The notes beneath the pieces are model-generated. The model was not told where the DNA came from. It ran no database searches and saw only the letters and a program-made list of their open reading frames with translations. The position numbers and the translations under genes are program-made. Shown piece by piece: positions 1-12,271 of a stretch of DNA of 64,000 bases. The stretch is from assembly GCF_009914755.1 (NCBI RefSeq), contig NC_060944.1, one strand, 5' to 3'. Every line of letters begins with the position of its first letter. Positions within the stretch are counted from its first letter, which is position 1. The DNA is from the human T2T-CHM13v2.0 reference genome, Homo sapiens.

Positions 1-209
1 GTGAATGCAGAAAGTAATTAAGACTGTGCCATATTTGTTTACTCATTCATTTAACAGATAATTTTAAAATGCCTGCTTGGTGCCAGTCACTAATCTTTTA
101 ATACTGAACATTTAATATTCCCCCCCAACATTAGTTCCTTATTTGTGAGCATCTCGATTTCCATTCAGACATTACTTCTCCAGTTGTGTGCAATCCTTAA
201 ACCAGAAGC

Positions 210-2436
210 TGGGAAGTCTTGGCTACAGTAATCAGACAAAAGAAAGAAATAAAAGGCATTCGAATAGGAAAAGAAAAAGTCAAACTATCCCTCTTCACCA
301 ATGATATGATTCTATACCTAGAAAACCCTGAAGACTCTGCCAAAAGTCTCATAGAACAGATAAATGAATTCAGTAGTTTCAGCATACAAAATCAATGCAC
401 AAAAATGCACAATGTTATTATCCATAGCATTTCTATAGATAATAACATTCAAGCTGAGAGCCAAACCAAGAAGACAATCCCATTTACAACAGTCAAAAAA
501 TAAAATAAAATAAAATAAAATAAAATAAAATAAAATAAGATAAAATACCTAGAAATACATCTAAACCAAGAAGGTGAAAGACCTCTACAAGGAGAACTAC
601 AGAACACTGCTGAAAGAAATCATAGATGACACAGATAGATGAAAAAACATTCCATGCTTATAGGTTGGAAGAATTTATATTGTTAAAATGGCCATACTAT
701 CCAAGGCAATCCTATTTAATTTAATGCTATTCCTATCAAACTAGCAACATTATTTAATGCTATTCCTAATGCTATTCCAATACTATCCAAGGCAATCCTA
801 TTTAATTTAATGCTATTCCTATCAAACTAGCAACATTATTTAATGCTATTCCTATCAAACTAGCAATATTATTTTTCACAGACATTAGAAAATTATTTAG
901 AATTTATTCTAAAATTCATATAGAACCAGAAAGGAGCCCAAATACCCAAAGCAATCCTAAGCAAAAACAACAACACACCAGAGGCATCGGATTACCTGAC
1001 ATCAAACTATACTATAAGTCTACAGTAACCAAAACAGTATGGTACTGGTACAAAAACATAGATCAATGGAACAGAATAGAGAACTCAGAAATAAAGCCAC
1101 ACACCTACAGCCATCTGATCTTTGACAAATGAAAAAAATAAGCAACAAGGAAAGGACTTCCTATTCAAAAATTGTGCTAGCACAGCTGGCTAGCCATATG
1201 CAGAAGAACAAAACTGGACTCCTACCTTTTACCATATACAAAAATTAACTCAAGATGGATTAAAATTTAAATGTAAAACTTCAAATTATAAGAATCCTGG
1301 AAGGAAACCTAGGAAACACCATTCTGGACATCAACCTTAGGAAAGAACTTATGACTGTCCTCAAAAGTTAATTGCAACAAGAACAAAAATTGACAAGTGG
1401 GATCTAATTAAATTAAAGAGCTTCTGTACAGCAAAACAAGCTATCAACAGAGTAAACAGACAACCTCCAGAATAGGAGAAAGTATTAACAAATTATGCAT
1501 CCAACAAAGGTCTAATATCCAGAATCAATAAGGAACTTAAACAATTAAACAAGCACAAAACAAACAACCCCATTAAAAAGTGGGCAGAAGACATGAACAG
1601 TCACTTCTCAAAAGAAGACACACAAGTGGTCAATTAAAGTATGAAACAATGTTCCACATCACTAATAATCAGAAACATGCAAATCAAAACCACAATGAGA
1701 CACCATCTCACAACAGTCAGAATGTCAATTATTAAAAGTCAAAAAACAGCAGATGCTGATTTGGCTGCAAAGCAAAGGGAAGGGAATGCATACACTGTTG
1801 ATAGGAATGTAAATTAGTTCAGCCACTGTGGAAAGCAGTTTGGAGATTTCTCAAAGAACTTAGAACTACCATTTGACCCGGCAACCCCATTACTGGGTGT
1901 ATATCCAAAAGAAAGTAAATTGTTCTACTGAAAAGACACATGAACTTATATGTTCATTGCAGCACTATTCACGATAGCAAAGACATGGAATCAACCTAGT
2001 TGCCGATTAACGGTGGATTGGATAAAGAAACTGTGGTATATATGCTATCTGTGGAATACTATGCAGGCATAAAAAGAAATGAAGTAATGTTCTTTGCAGT
2101 AATACGGATGCAGCTGGAGGCCATTATCCTAAGCAAACTAAAGCAGGAATTGAAAACCAAATACTCCATTTTTCTCACTTATAAGTGGGAGCTTACCAGT
2201 GGTTACCCATGGAGGTAAATGTGGCAACAATAGACACAATAAGGGAGGAGTTTCAACAATAGGCAACAGTGAGGGGGAGGGTGGCGAGCAAGGGTTGAGA
2301 AACTATGCTCACTACCTGAGTGATGAGGACATTTGTATCCCAAACCTCAGTGTCACAAAATATACCCATATAAGAAATCTGCGTATGTACCCCCTGAATC
2401 TAAAATAAAAGTTGAAATTATAAATTTTAAAAAAAA
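210..2436 (+). mobile_element. 5'-truncated L1 (L1PB/L1PA16-like): ORF2 RT/C-terminal remnant, 3'UTR and A-tail
   Basis: ORF 219-503 resembles ORF2 RT (IKGIRIGKEKVKLSLFTNDMILYLENPEDS, degenerate FADD motif). 3'UTR ...tatgctcactacctgagtgatg...cctgaatctaaaataaaagttgaaa then A-rich tail. Multiple stops and frameshifts. Confidence 0.93.
496..546 (+). repeat. (TAAAA)n microsatellite inside L1
   Basis: About 9 tandem taaaa units. Confidence 0.95.
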
Positions 2437-2584
2437 GCAAACAAACAGATGTCAGTGTCCAGAAGCCAAGTACCACACTGGCAGAAGACCAGGCGCGTGG
2501 CCTAAACTTGGCCAAGTGGACTCTTCATACCAGAAGTTTGGCTTTTCAGCAAGGAAAGAGACGTGACTAGTGAATGGGTCAAAA

Positions 2585-2886
2585 GACATATAATTTGTGT
2601 CACAAATGTGAGCCACAAATATAATTTTAAATTTCTAATAACTACTATAAGATAAAAGAAATACACTTAACTAATTTAAATTATATACTTTACTTAACCC
2701 AATGTATCCAAAATATCATTTCAACATGTAATCATTATAAAAACAATTTATGAGATAGTATATGTATAACATAATAGCATACATACACACATGCATACAT
2801 ACTTGTATTAATATTTTTCAGACTAGCCATATTTCAATGCCCAATTACTGCATGTGGCTGGTGGTTACTGTCTTAGAGAGTGTAGA
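2585..2886. mobile_element. MER33-like hAT-Charlie MITE
   Basis: gtgagccacaaatataattttaaatttct... and actagccatatttcaatg...catgtggctggtggttactgt resemble MER33/MER3. Confidence 0.7.
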
Positions 2887-3433
2887 GTTAGAGTTCATTC
2901 ATTTCAGCAGCTGCTCCCTGAACAAACACCATCTTCTACAGGATTATCCAGGAAGTCCTCCTTTTTATCCTTTTGGAGCTGCCTTAGTTCTTGCAAAGTC
3001 CTATCCACGTTGTCCAGTGTCCTGAGAGGAGTGAGTGAGTGAGATTCCAGTAGGTTCTAACATGTTTTGAATAGGTTGATTAGGGTAACTTTGTGTTGCT
3101 TGCAATAAAAAAAAACCTAACTGCCTTACTCCTTTTCCAGTGGAAAAGAGAGGGAATGTGCCCTGGATCAAGACCTTTTCCCAGGCATAACATCAAGGTT
3201 GAAGTCAAGGAGTAGACCAAGCATTCTTTAAAAAGAAAAACATGGACCTACCTATATTTAGATGAGAAATATCACAGCAATATAGCTTTAAATGGAAAGC
3301 ACAGAGTTTCATAAAATGAGTATACTGTGATTTTATTTGTATACTTTTTTCAAAAGCACACATTTATTTATATTTGTGGACACATACCTACAATTTTGAA
3401 ATGGAAAGAAATGAACAACAATGACCTTTAGAG

Positions 3434-3735
3434 CAGTGGTCCCCAACCTTTTTGGCACCAGGGACTGGATTCATGGAAGACAATTTTTCCAATGGAGTTG
3501 GGGCTGGGAGATTTGATTCTTGTAAGGAGCAACCTAGATTCCTTGCAAGCACAGTTCGTGATAGGGTTCCTGCTCCTATGAGAATCTGATGCACCGCTGG
3601 CCTGACAGGAAGTGGAACTCAGGCGGTGGTGCTCGCAAGCCTGCTACTCATTTCCTGCTCTGCAGCTCGGTTCCTAACAGGCCATGCACTGGTCGCACCA
3701 GTACCAGCCTGCGGCCTGGGAGTTGGAGACCCCTG
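3434..3735 (+). mobile_element. MER1B hAT-Charlie MITE
   Basis: Termini cagtggtccccaacc / agttggagacccctg. Perfect 8-bp TSD ctttagag at 3426-3433 and 3736-3743. Confidence 0.93.
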
Positions 3736-3772
3736 CTTTAGAGATCATGAATAGGCAATGGGAAAAGGCAGG

Positions 3773-4158
3773 TGTTATGGGCTGAATTGTGCCCCCACCT
3801 CAAATTTACATGTTAAAGTCCCAACCCCCCAACATCTCAGAATATGATGTTTGGAGATGGGGCCTTTGTGTAAGTCATTAAGCAGTAGGTTCTAATCCAG
3901 TATGATTGGCGTCCTGATAGAAGAGGAAATTGAGATACGGACATATGCACAGGAAGACGATGTGAAGACACAGGGAGAAGATAGCCATCTTCAAGCCAAG
4001 AAAACAGGCCTAAAACAAATCCTTCCCCATGGCGCTCAGGACAAACCAACTCTGCCAACACCTTGATCTCAGACATTTGGCCTCCAGAACCATGAGAAAA
4101 CAAATGTCTAAGCTATGCAGGCTGTGAGATTTTATATGGCAGCACAGTCAACTAATAC
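3773..4158 (+). mobile_element. MLT1B/C-type MaLR solo LTR
   Basis: Starts tgttatgggctgaattgtgcccc; contains ccaacaccttgatctcagac...cctccagaac; ends ...actaatac. Confidence 0.85.
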
Positions 4159-4256
4159 TAGGGGGTAGCTAACAAGGTAGACTTTTACTTGTTATTTAAA
4201 GTCTTTGGTTCTGATATTTTAACAATGTGTACTTCTATTTAAAATCAGGAAATTGA

Positions 4257-4570
4257 GGCCAGGTACGGTGGCTCATGCCTGTCATCCCAACACTTTGGGA
4301 GGCTGAGGCAAAAGGATAGCTTGAGGCCAGGAGTTTGAGACCAGTCTGAGCAACAAAGCGAAACTCAATCTCTACCAAAAAAAAAAAAAAAAAAAAAGAG
4401 GGAAAACACTAGCATGGCACAGTGGCTTATACCTGTAGTCTAACTATTTGGGAGGCTGAGGTGGGAGGATGTCTTGAGGCCAGGAGTTCCAGGCTGCAGT
4501 GAGCTATGATGATGCCAGCACTCCAGCCTGGGCGACAGACCAATACTCTGTGTCTAAAAAGGAAAAAGAA
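4257..4570 (+). mobile_element. AluJ
   Basis: Diverged dimer with J-type gcttgaggccaggagtt and ggctgcagtgagctatgat; expanded middle A run. Confidence 0.9.
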
Positions 4571-4939
4571 AGTCAAATTAAAGCATTAAAAAAGAGAATT
4601 CAAAGTCCTTTCTCACCTCCATTTGGCCTGCTCCTTCCTTCCTTCTTTCTTCCATACTCCCTTGAAATTTTGCCCCACAGGACGTCATGGATATTTCCAA
4701 AAGGAGGGTGCTTCCTAAGTGCTTGCCTCTGAGTGGCATTTGAGGTAGAACTTATGACATAATTCTTCTTGGTCCAATGTAAATATTAACATACTTCCCT
4801 ACCCTACATGTCTAATTATGGTTAGCCTATGATTTTGTTGGAATCAGACTATGGACTTATCTTTGTTTACTTTTAGTATTTGTTTTTATCCTGTTCATTA
4901 TTATACTTCTCTGAAGTTCCAGATCTGAAACTGTTTAAA

Positions 4940-5330
4940 TTATGGGTCTTTGGTGGCAAGCAAGAGAAAGTGTATCTTGCTCTCTTAAGCAGAAAAATAA
5001 TTCATTCAAGGGAAATAAGGGACCTAAAAGGATCCAAGTGAAAGCCATAGACTGAGGTTTGGAAAAACACAAGGAGCAAAGAAAGCTCACGGGGAGAGGG
5101 GGAGTTACAGCCAGAACTGAGGGGCTGTTACTTTAGGATGTCAGCGATGAAGTTAATCAGCCTATGATCTTTTTTGTTTCTGTGTCATTTCCTTCAAGAT
5201 TCCACACTCAAAGGAAACAGCGTTCAATAAGCTTATCTTGGGTCATGGCCAGATCCCTTAACCAGGGAAAGGAAGGACACTGTTATTTCTACCATATTCT
5301 ATCCAGCAGGGAAAGTACGCTCATTGCAGA
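4940..5330 (-). mobile_element. Old MLT1 (K/L/N-like) LTR remnant
   Basis: tctttggtggcaagcaagagaaa...ttaagcagaaaa resembles the reverse complement of an old MLT1 3' end. Confidence 0.4.
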
Positions 5331-6261
5331 GCTGACTCAGTGTACTTTTACCAGAAAAAGGAAAATCCTAACTAGCAAAGATTACACAAGATTCCTCTTA
5401 GATAATATTTGGTTTGCTTATTCCACACTGTAAATTTTCTGACCAGTGGTAGTGTTCTCTAGGAAGCGCTTCATATATTGCAATCTCCCCAAGAACAGGG
5501 CTGGATTTATCATTTTCTTGAGTGACATATAAGACAATAAGTGATTAATAGATGCCTAGAGTTATAATTCAAAATAGGTTTCATTATGTTTTGCCCTGAT
5601 AACTTTCTTTATACTTATTGTGTGGTTTTCTTCTCTAGGTTGCTATAAATTTGGTCTCCTTGTTCAAGGTAGTTGTCACTGTGTTGACCAGGCCTTGCTT
5701 CTTAACTCAGGTAATTGAAAAATCTATCCAACATCCTCATCAGCAGAAAAAAAATGTAGACTGAGAGAGTATCTTCCTTTTGTCTGTGTGATTACAGACT
5801 TAAGGAAAATTTGCGTTAATTAATCTCTTTATAATGCACATTATAAAACAAATTTCCTAAAGTGTGGAATTATTTAAGTTACATAGAGTTATGACTCAGG
5901 CATTGGATTTTATTAACACCAATGGCATATTACATTGATTTGGTGTATAGTCATGAAGTTACTATTTATTTTTACCTAATTAAAATGTTAAAGTGGAGGG
6001 GTCTGGATTTTAATCATATTCCTCAAAAGCTACTTTGATACTGGATAAAATGTCAGCTCTCGAAATCCACAAACCTCATTATCCTCATTGTAAAAATCAG
6101 ATATTCCAGATGTTAAATATATATCAGATGAGAAAGGATGTGGGTAAACCTGGTGTCAGAGAAAATGTGGTAAGCATTCCCTTTCATTCCTGCCTCCTCA
6201 TTTAATGCCTATGCCAGGCAGAAGAAAAAGCAGCAATACAGAAAAAACACATTATTTAAAC

Positions 6262-6445
6262 TGAGGTCTGAGTTCAAATGTGGATTTTACCATATCCTAG
6301 CTGAATGCAAGCAAATTACTAAAATTCTCAGAACTTTAGTTTTTTCATCTATAAAACATGGCTAAAAATGTCTATTTCTTACTGTTATCATTAGGATCAA
6401 ACGAAATACTTGATATATCCATAGTGAGTACTCAATAAATGGAAT
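6262..6445 (+). mobile_element. MIR
   Basis: gagttcaaat...tttttcatctataaaacatgg...ctcaataaatg. Confidence 0.7.
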
Positions 6446-6619
6446 CTATTATAATTTGACAACTAACATATTTATATGAGTCTTACTCATTTCTATGCAT
6501 GAAAGAAAATACACGTTTGAGACAGATTAATAATTACTTGTTTGATTAATCTGTCTAGATCTATTTTTTCAAATGAATATGAAAGTTGTGATTGATAACT
6601 GGAGCAAATCATATAATCC

Positions 6620-6845
6620 ATCATTTCCTAAAACATTTCTAGGGCACACCCATGCTGTCAGATGTAACAAAATGGGTTATCAGAAAAACATTTGCGTTCA
6701 TACGGGATTAGACAAATCTTGATTGACCAATGTCAAACTACTGTCTTGACTGCAGGACTTTTCAGAGCCTTTAACATACAAGCATACATTGTGACTTTCC
6801 AGAAGCAAATAGAGTAAGCAGAATTTTTTAACTTATTTGACCAAT
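6620..6845. mobile_element. Old hAT-Charlie-like MER remnant
   Basis: ctgcaggacttttcagagcctttaa...cattgtgac...aacttatttgacca resembles an old Charlie-derived MER; exact family uncertain. Confidence 0.45.
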
Positions 6846-7267
6846 GAGTACATTATCGTGGGGGTAGGGTTATTCAGACAACATTATGAAGAAGTGATGA
6901 CATCGCTGTTTTTCACAATCTACTTGCAAAATGGCACAAGAAATGATCACAGCAGACAATCAAACTTGCCCAGAGCAGCCATTGTGAATTTAATCTAATT
7001 GCTCTTGAAAGCTGGATTTGTTTCTCTGAATTGAGTTGCAGCCTTTGAGGAAGAAACAAATTGCCTCCCCACTGCTCACACTTCTGCTCCATCTGTAAAT
7101 GTTAGGAAATAGCATAAAAAGAAATTCAAATTCCTGTAGCAGTAAATATGCAAACACACATTTTCTGCAGATATAGCGAGGGCATCATTTTCCCCCTTTT
7201 ACCACCCCAGAGTCCCTGAACAGGTTTGAATCTGTTGACAAAGCTTTTTAAAACCATCTAGCTGACC

Positions 7268-7370
7268 TTTATTTTTTATTTTTATTTTTATTTTTATTTT
7301 TATTTTTATTTGTTTTGTATGCTAGCAATCTGTTAACCACATTTCCAGGGAACTTGCATAGAGAGCTCCT

Positions 7371-7408
<38 letters not shown>

Positions 7409-7480
7409 GCTTTCTATCCTACTCCCTTCCTCCTTCCCTGCCTTCTTCGCTCTCCTTTCTCTCTCTTCCTTTTTTTCTAT
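7268..7480. repeat. (TTTTTA)n array followed by CT-rich low-complexity tract
   Basis: ttttta repeats at about 7268-7316; (CT)n and polypyrimidine at 7367-7480. Confidence 0.9.
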
Positions 7481-8384
7481 TTCTTATTCGTTGGCAGTCT
7501 TGCCACTGGATGTGCAAATTAAAACTCATTTAATCATCTGCATGCCAAGCACAAGGACTCAGTCAATCACGTTCTATGCCATTGGCTAGGTAATTACTTG
7601 AAATTTGCTATCTATTGTTTCATCCTTTGTTCCCAGCCTACTATTGACGTCAGAGGAGTTTTGCCTGTGAAAGAATGAGGTCTTATTTTTGTGTGTGTGT
7701 ATAAAATATTCTAGTTTGCTCCAGACTTCTGTGCCCAAGTGGGTCTCTGGCAAAGAATGTTCTGTACATCCATCAACATTTAGAAGTGCAGTGATGGTTG
7801 CATGCAAAGTGGAAGTTGGAAATTGAGCAGAAAGAAAAAACCTTGTGGAGCGTAGTCAAACCGGTTACTCAAAGCTTGTGTTTTAAGATTTTCTTCAGCC
7901 TCTTGCACACTCATACCAAACGATAATATCCACATTTGCAGATTGAGAAACCAACATCGAACTACTATCTTAATTGCAGGACTTTTCAGAGCCTTTAAAG
8001 AGAGATATAGTTATGTCTTTGTCCTTATGGGAATAACCGGACCTTTGCCAAACTGAGAAAAGTTCAGGCACAAGGTAGACAATGTAGTGGATAGTGAGTC
8101 AGATTCTGTACCAGGAAGATTTTGTATGGTGTGAGTTCCTCTCTGCACTGCCCACCTTGGTACTTCCAGCATCTAGGATAACTGTTGGCACACAATTAAG
8201 TATTTGTTAACTACTTGTTTAAGGAATAAGTAGGTGTTTTTCAAAGAGGCTGCTTCAACCATGAACACTTATTTATCTTTGGAGTCACATGTCATGGCTA
8301 AGTTATGCCCTAAGTACCATATAACTTAGTAGTTAATACTGTAGTTAATACTTAGTAGCTAATACTCTAACCTTGAGGTTAGAA

Positions 8385-9030
8385 AGCCTTGAGGGTTAAG
8401 CTCTGCCTTTGCCCTTTACCACTGGTGAGGCTTTGTGCAATTAACTGAGTCTATTTAAGCCTCCCTCTCCTTATCTCTACTTTGGCTCCGTTGTAGAGAT
8501 GGGGAGACAATGATCTTCACTCCACAACAGGTTAGTTCATGTCCTTTGTAGGGACATGGATGAAGCTGGAAACCGTCATTCTCAGCAAACTATCGCAAGG
8601 ACAAAAAACCAAACACCACATGTTCTCACTCATAGGTGGGAATTAAACAATGAGAACACATGGACACAGGAAGGGGAACATCACACACCGGGGCCTGTTG
8701 TGGGGTCGGGGGAGGGGGGAGTGATAGCATTTGGAGATATACCTAATGCTAAATGACGAGTTACTGGGTGCAGCACACCAACATGGCACATGTATACATA
8801 TGTAACAAACCTGCACATTGTGCACATGTACCCTAAAACTTAAAGTATAATAAAAAAAATTCAGTTCAATCCTGATAATTTCTTTATCAAAATAATTTCC
8901 ATGTGAATCACAGCTTTATATGTAATAGAATAAAATATTTAACAAACCACAAAAAAAATTGATTAAGACAAGGTACATAAAACACCTTTGCATAGTACTT
9001 GGCATATAATAAACTTTCAGTAAATATTAT
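8385..9030 (+). mobile_element. MIR split by an L1 insertion (8385-8533 and 8959-9030)
   Basis: MIR core ...gtagagatggggagacaatgat...acaggtt resumes as ...gattaagacaaggtacataaaacac...cttggcatataataaac. Confidence 0.65.
8534..8859 (+). mobile_element. L1PA3/4 3' fragment (5'-truncated)
   Basis: Near-consensus young L1 3' end: gatatacctaatgctaaatgacgag...gtaccctaaaacttaaagtataataaaaaaaa. Confidence 0.95.
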
Positions 9031-9279
9031 GATTAAAGACTGTGCATCAATTGGTTCAATGGATAACTCTCAAGTAGAGTAGTACATGATAGGATGTTAA
9101 TAGTACAAATTCTATATAAACATTTATATATGCAGATACTGGGTCCAAAATAAAAGTGTGGCACTACAATTACGTTGTCATTGTCCCCCACCAAGAATAC
9201 ATAGAAACATCAGGGCAGAGTTGATACCAAATCTCATAGAAAGCCTTAAAAATAATTATTTCAAAATGTTGCCCTTGAT

Positions 9280-9488
9280 CAATGGTTCTCAACTGCAAGC
9301 AAGTTTGCCCCCTGGGGGGACATTCATTAATGTCTGAAGACATTTTTGGTTGTCACCACTGGGGTGGGGGCTGTGCCTGTGGCTTCCAGTGGGTAGAGGC
9401 CAGAGATGCTGCTAAACAACCTGCAATGCACAGGACAGCCTCCTGCAACAGGGAATGATCAATTGTGTCAGAATTGAGAAAAACCTTG
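9280..9488 (+). mobile_element. MER20 hAT-Charlie
   Basis: caatggttctcaac...gtgggtagaggccagagatgctgctaaaca...gcacaggacagcc. Confidence 0.88.
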
Positions 9489-9964
9489 CTCGGGATTTTT
9501 TAATTTTAAAAATATGTAACTTATTTCAGATTCTATCAGAGCCAATACATATGAAGATACATTATTTATGAATTATTTTCAGTGTTTAAAAGGGGATTAA
9601 GGCAAGTGGCTCTTTTTGGTTGAGAACTGGGTTCATTTCAGGGAGCCTGGAATATGATACTTTTCTTGGAATGCATTTGCCAGGCTGAAGGATCAGGGCA
9701 GAGAATTGCAGTCTGATGAAAATGCTGCAAGCAAATATCCTGCTTAGAAATGTTTTTGATGAGTCATTTCCAAAAACTCAAATACACTGACTAGTGACTA
9801 AGAGTCTAATTAACCCAGACGCCACTAAAAATAGGAAAGATCCATTGCACTTACGCGAGGTTTTCTGTTAAATCAACAACCCTGTGAGGTAGGCAGAAGC
9901 AATTTAAAGTCTAGAGAATACTAATACTAATAATGAGGGCTATTAATTATTAAGCATGGACACT

Positions 9965-10215
9965 GTGCAAAATAATGGCAGTAGAACAAGAGGAGGAGGA
10001 ACTTAGGGTATGGAGTGCACGCCTAGCCCTGTCACCTACTAGCTGCATGAGTCTTGGAGGTTTATTTTGCTTTTCTGCATCTTAAGTCTTAATCTGTGAA
10101 AGAGGAATAGTTACAGTGTCAGTTTCACGGGATTGTTGTGAAAATTAAAAAAAAAAGCTTCCAAAGCACTCAGCACAGTGACCAATGCATATGCTTCTAA
10201 TAAATGTAAGTTAAT
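9965..10215 (+). mobile_element. MIR
   Basis: gtcacctactagctgcatga...tcacgggattgttgtgaaaattaa...aaagcactcagcacagtg. Confidence 0.7.
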
Positions 10216-10229
10216 AATGAGAAGAATTC

Positions 10230-10380
10230 TCACAAAAACCGTACAAGGAAAGTATTCATAGTTAAAGATGAGACCATTTAGAGATGAACAAACTGTGTCA
10301 AAAAGTCCTTCAGTAAGTTGCCTAAGTTCCCTCAAGTGGTGAGTAGCCAAATCAGGTTGAACACAGAACTCACTTGGCAA
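10230..10380 (-). mobile_element. MIR
   Basis: ccatttagagatgaacaaactg...taagttgcctaag. Confidence 0.55.
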
Positions 10381-10428
10381 GCCTTGTGCCTAGAAGAGTT
10401 TCTGGCATGTATCAGAACAACAACTATC

Positions 10429-10987
10429 TGTTGCAGAGGCCAAGGAAAAACCCTCATAGGTTCTGTGGCTGGGACCCTAGAAATTAAACATTAAAAGACA
10501 CGTTAACAGGAAAAAGGATTTATTTCATATGCATATGAAGGGCCTCATAGAAATTAAAACCCAAAGAAGTAGGCAGACCTGGAGGTGTATATACCAGTTT
10601 AACAAAAGGGCCAAAAAAATTGTGGAGAAATGACAAGACAAAGAAAATAAATTTGAGTTTCTAGTGGTGATAAATTGTGGAAAGGTAAACATATGAGGAA
10701 AATAATGGAAGACTGGGTTATTTTAGGAAGGTTTGTTATGCAGACTCCCCTGGAGGCTGATAGTCTAGAGTTTCCTCTGGTGATTAAACACTTGCTGTGC
10801 CCTTTCTGGTAGGAGAAAGAGGAAGTGGCAACATTTTCACAAAGGGAAATCTATGCCCTGATTTTAGGCCAATGGGGGAGGGTAGAGTGCTTGTTTCTTG
10901 CATCTGTTGTTTCTCAATTGCTTTCTGCTTGAAATAGTCCTTACGCCAATGTGGCATATTTTGGGGTGACATATTCTAACCCCTTCA
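10429..10987 (-). mobile_element. MER34-like ERV1 solo LTR
   Basis: Reverse complement starts tgaaggggttagaatatgtcaccccaaaatatgccacattggcgtaagga; TG...CA termini. Confidence 0.75.
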
Positions 10988-11954
10988 CTACTGAATGAAG
11001 AAAAATCTCCTAATATTATATCTTCAGTAATCCACATTTTCAGCTGATTTTGCCCTGTTTATTGCACTTCCATTCTTGCTGGCTTCACATTTATTTTGTT
11101 TCTGGTCATGGAGTCAACTTTGGGTGCTCAAGTTTCCAGTGGGTGCATTAAAATACTCAAATAGCATAAATTGCACATATAACTTTGAAAAATTGCCCAC
11201 AGAAAAATAGCAAAACGTGTTCATCTTTTCACCAAGAGCTAACTCTTGCAGAAGACAGGTAATCATTAGAAACCCTTCTACCCTAATCGCGTTGCCTGTA
11301 TGTAATTATTGTAGTTTCCTCTGAGTATTCACTGAAAGGTGCCTTGAGAGAGAAAAAAATGTATAGGCTGCCTAGCAAAGTTAGGAAAAGCATGTAGAAT
11401 GTATATGTGGTGTGTGTGTGTGCATGTGCGTGCTTTGGTCACAGATATGAAGCAAGTTTCATCATGTAATTACAATGACAAATACAATGGCATTTGAATC
11501 AATTGACATCAGAATTGTAGGAATGGCTTGGAGTTGAGCTCCTCCTAATTATATTTAATTGCATAGTCTTGGATTTGACACTGAGTCTGGCTTGAAATGG
11601 ATGCTTCGATGGGTTGAGTGTTTTTTCGCAGCTTGACAGGGTTGAGATGTAAACAGGAGCTGATAAACATGGCACTTACCACACCCATGAAGACTTTCTA
11701 TTGGAATTTCTGTGAATGATTAATAGTCAAAAATTACAGCTCCACTGAGCTGTGACAGCATTGGATTCAGGATATGGAGACCTTTGTTTCCCTTATTGCT
11801 TACACATTTTAGAATCATTTGATTTTATTCTGGTTTATTTTTTGGCTCACTCCTCTGCTGATGAGTAAATTGAGGGAAATAAACACCAGAATGAGTCTGG
11901 CTGTTAAATGTGTCAATGTCTTAGCCATGGCAAGAATTCTACTGCATTCTCTGA

Positions 11955-12271
<317 letters not shown>

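Noticed and set aside
694-870. 33-bp repeats resembling a CRISPR array
   Set aside because: No unique spacers, eukaryotic L1 context and no cas genes; it is a tandem duplication
3628-3640. gtgctcgc resembling the U6 snRNA 5' end
   Set aside because: Match stops after 8 nt and lies within MER1B
8322-8368. Short tandem micro-duplications (tagttaatact here; also near 16582, 17504, 34508, 41730 and 45186)
   Set aside because: Ordinary slippage-type duplications of 7-12 bp
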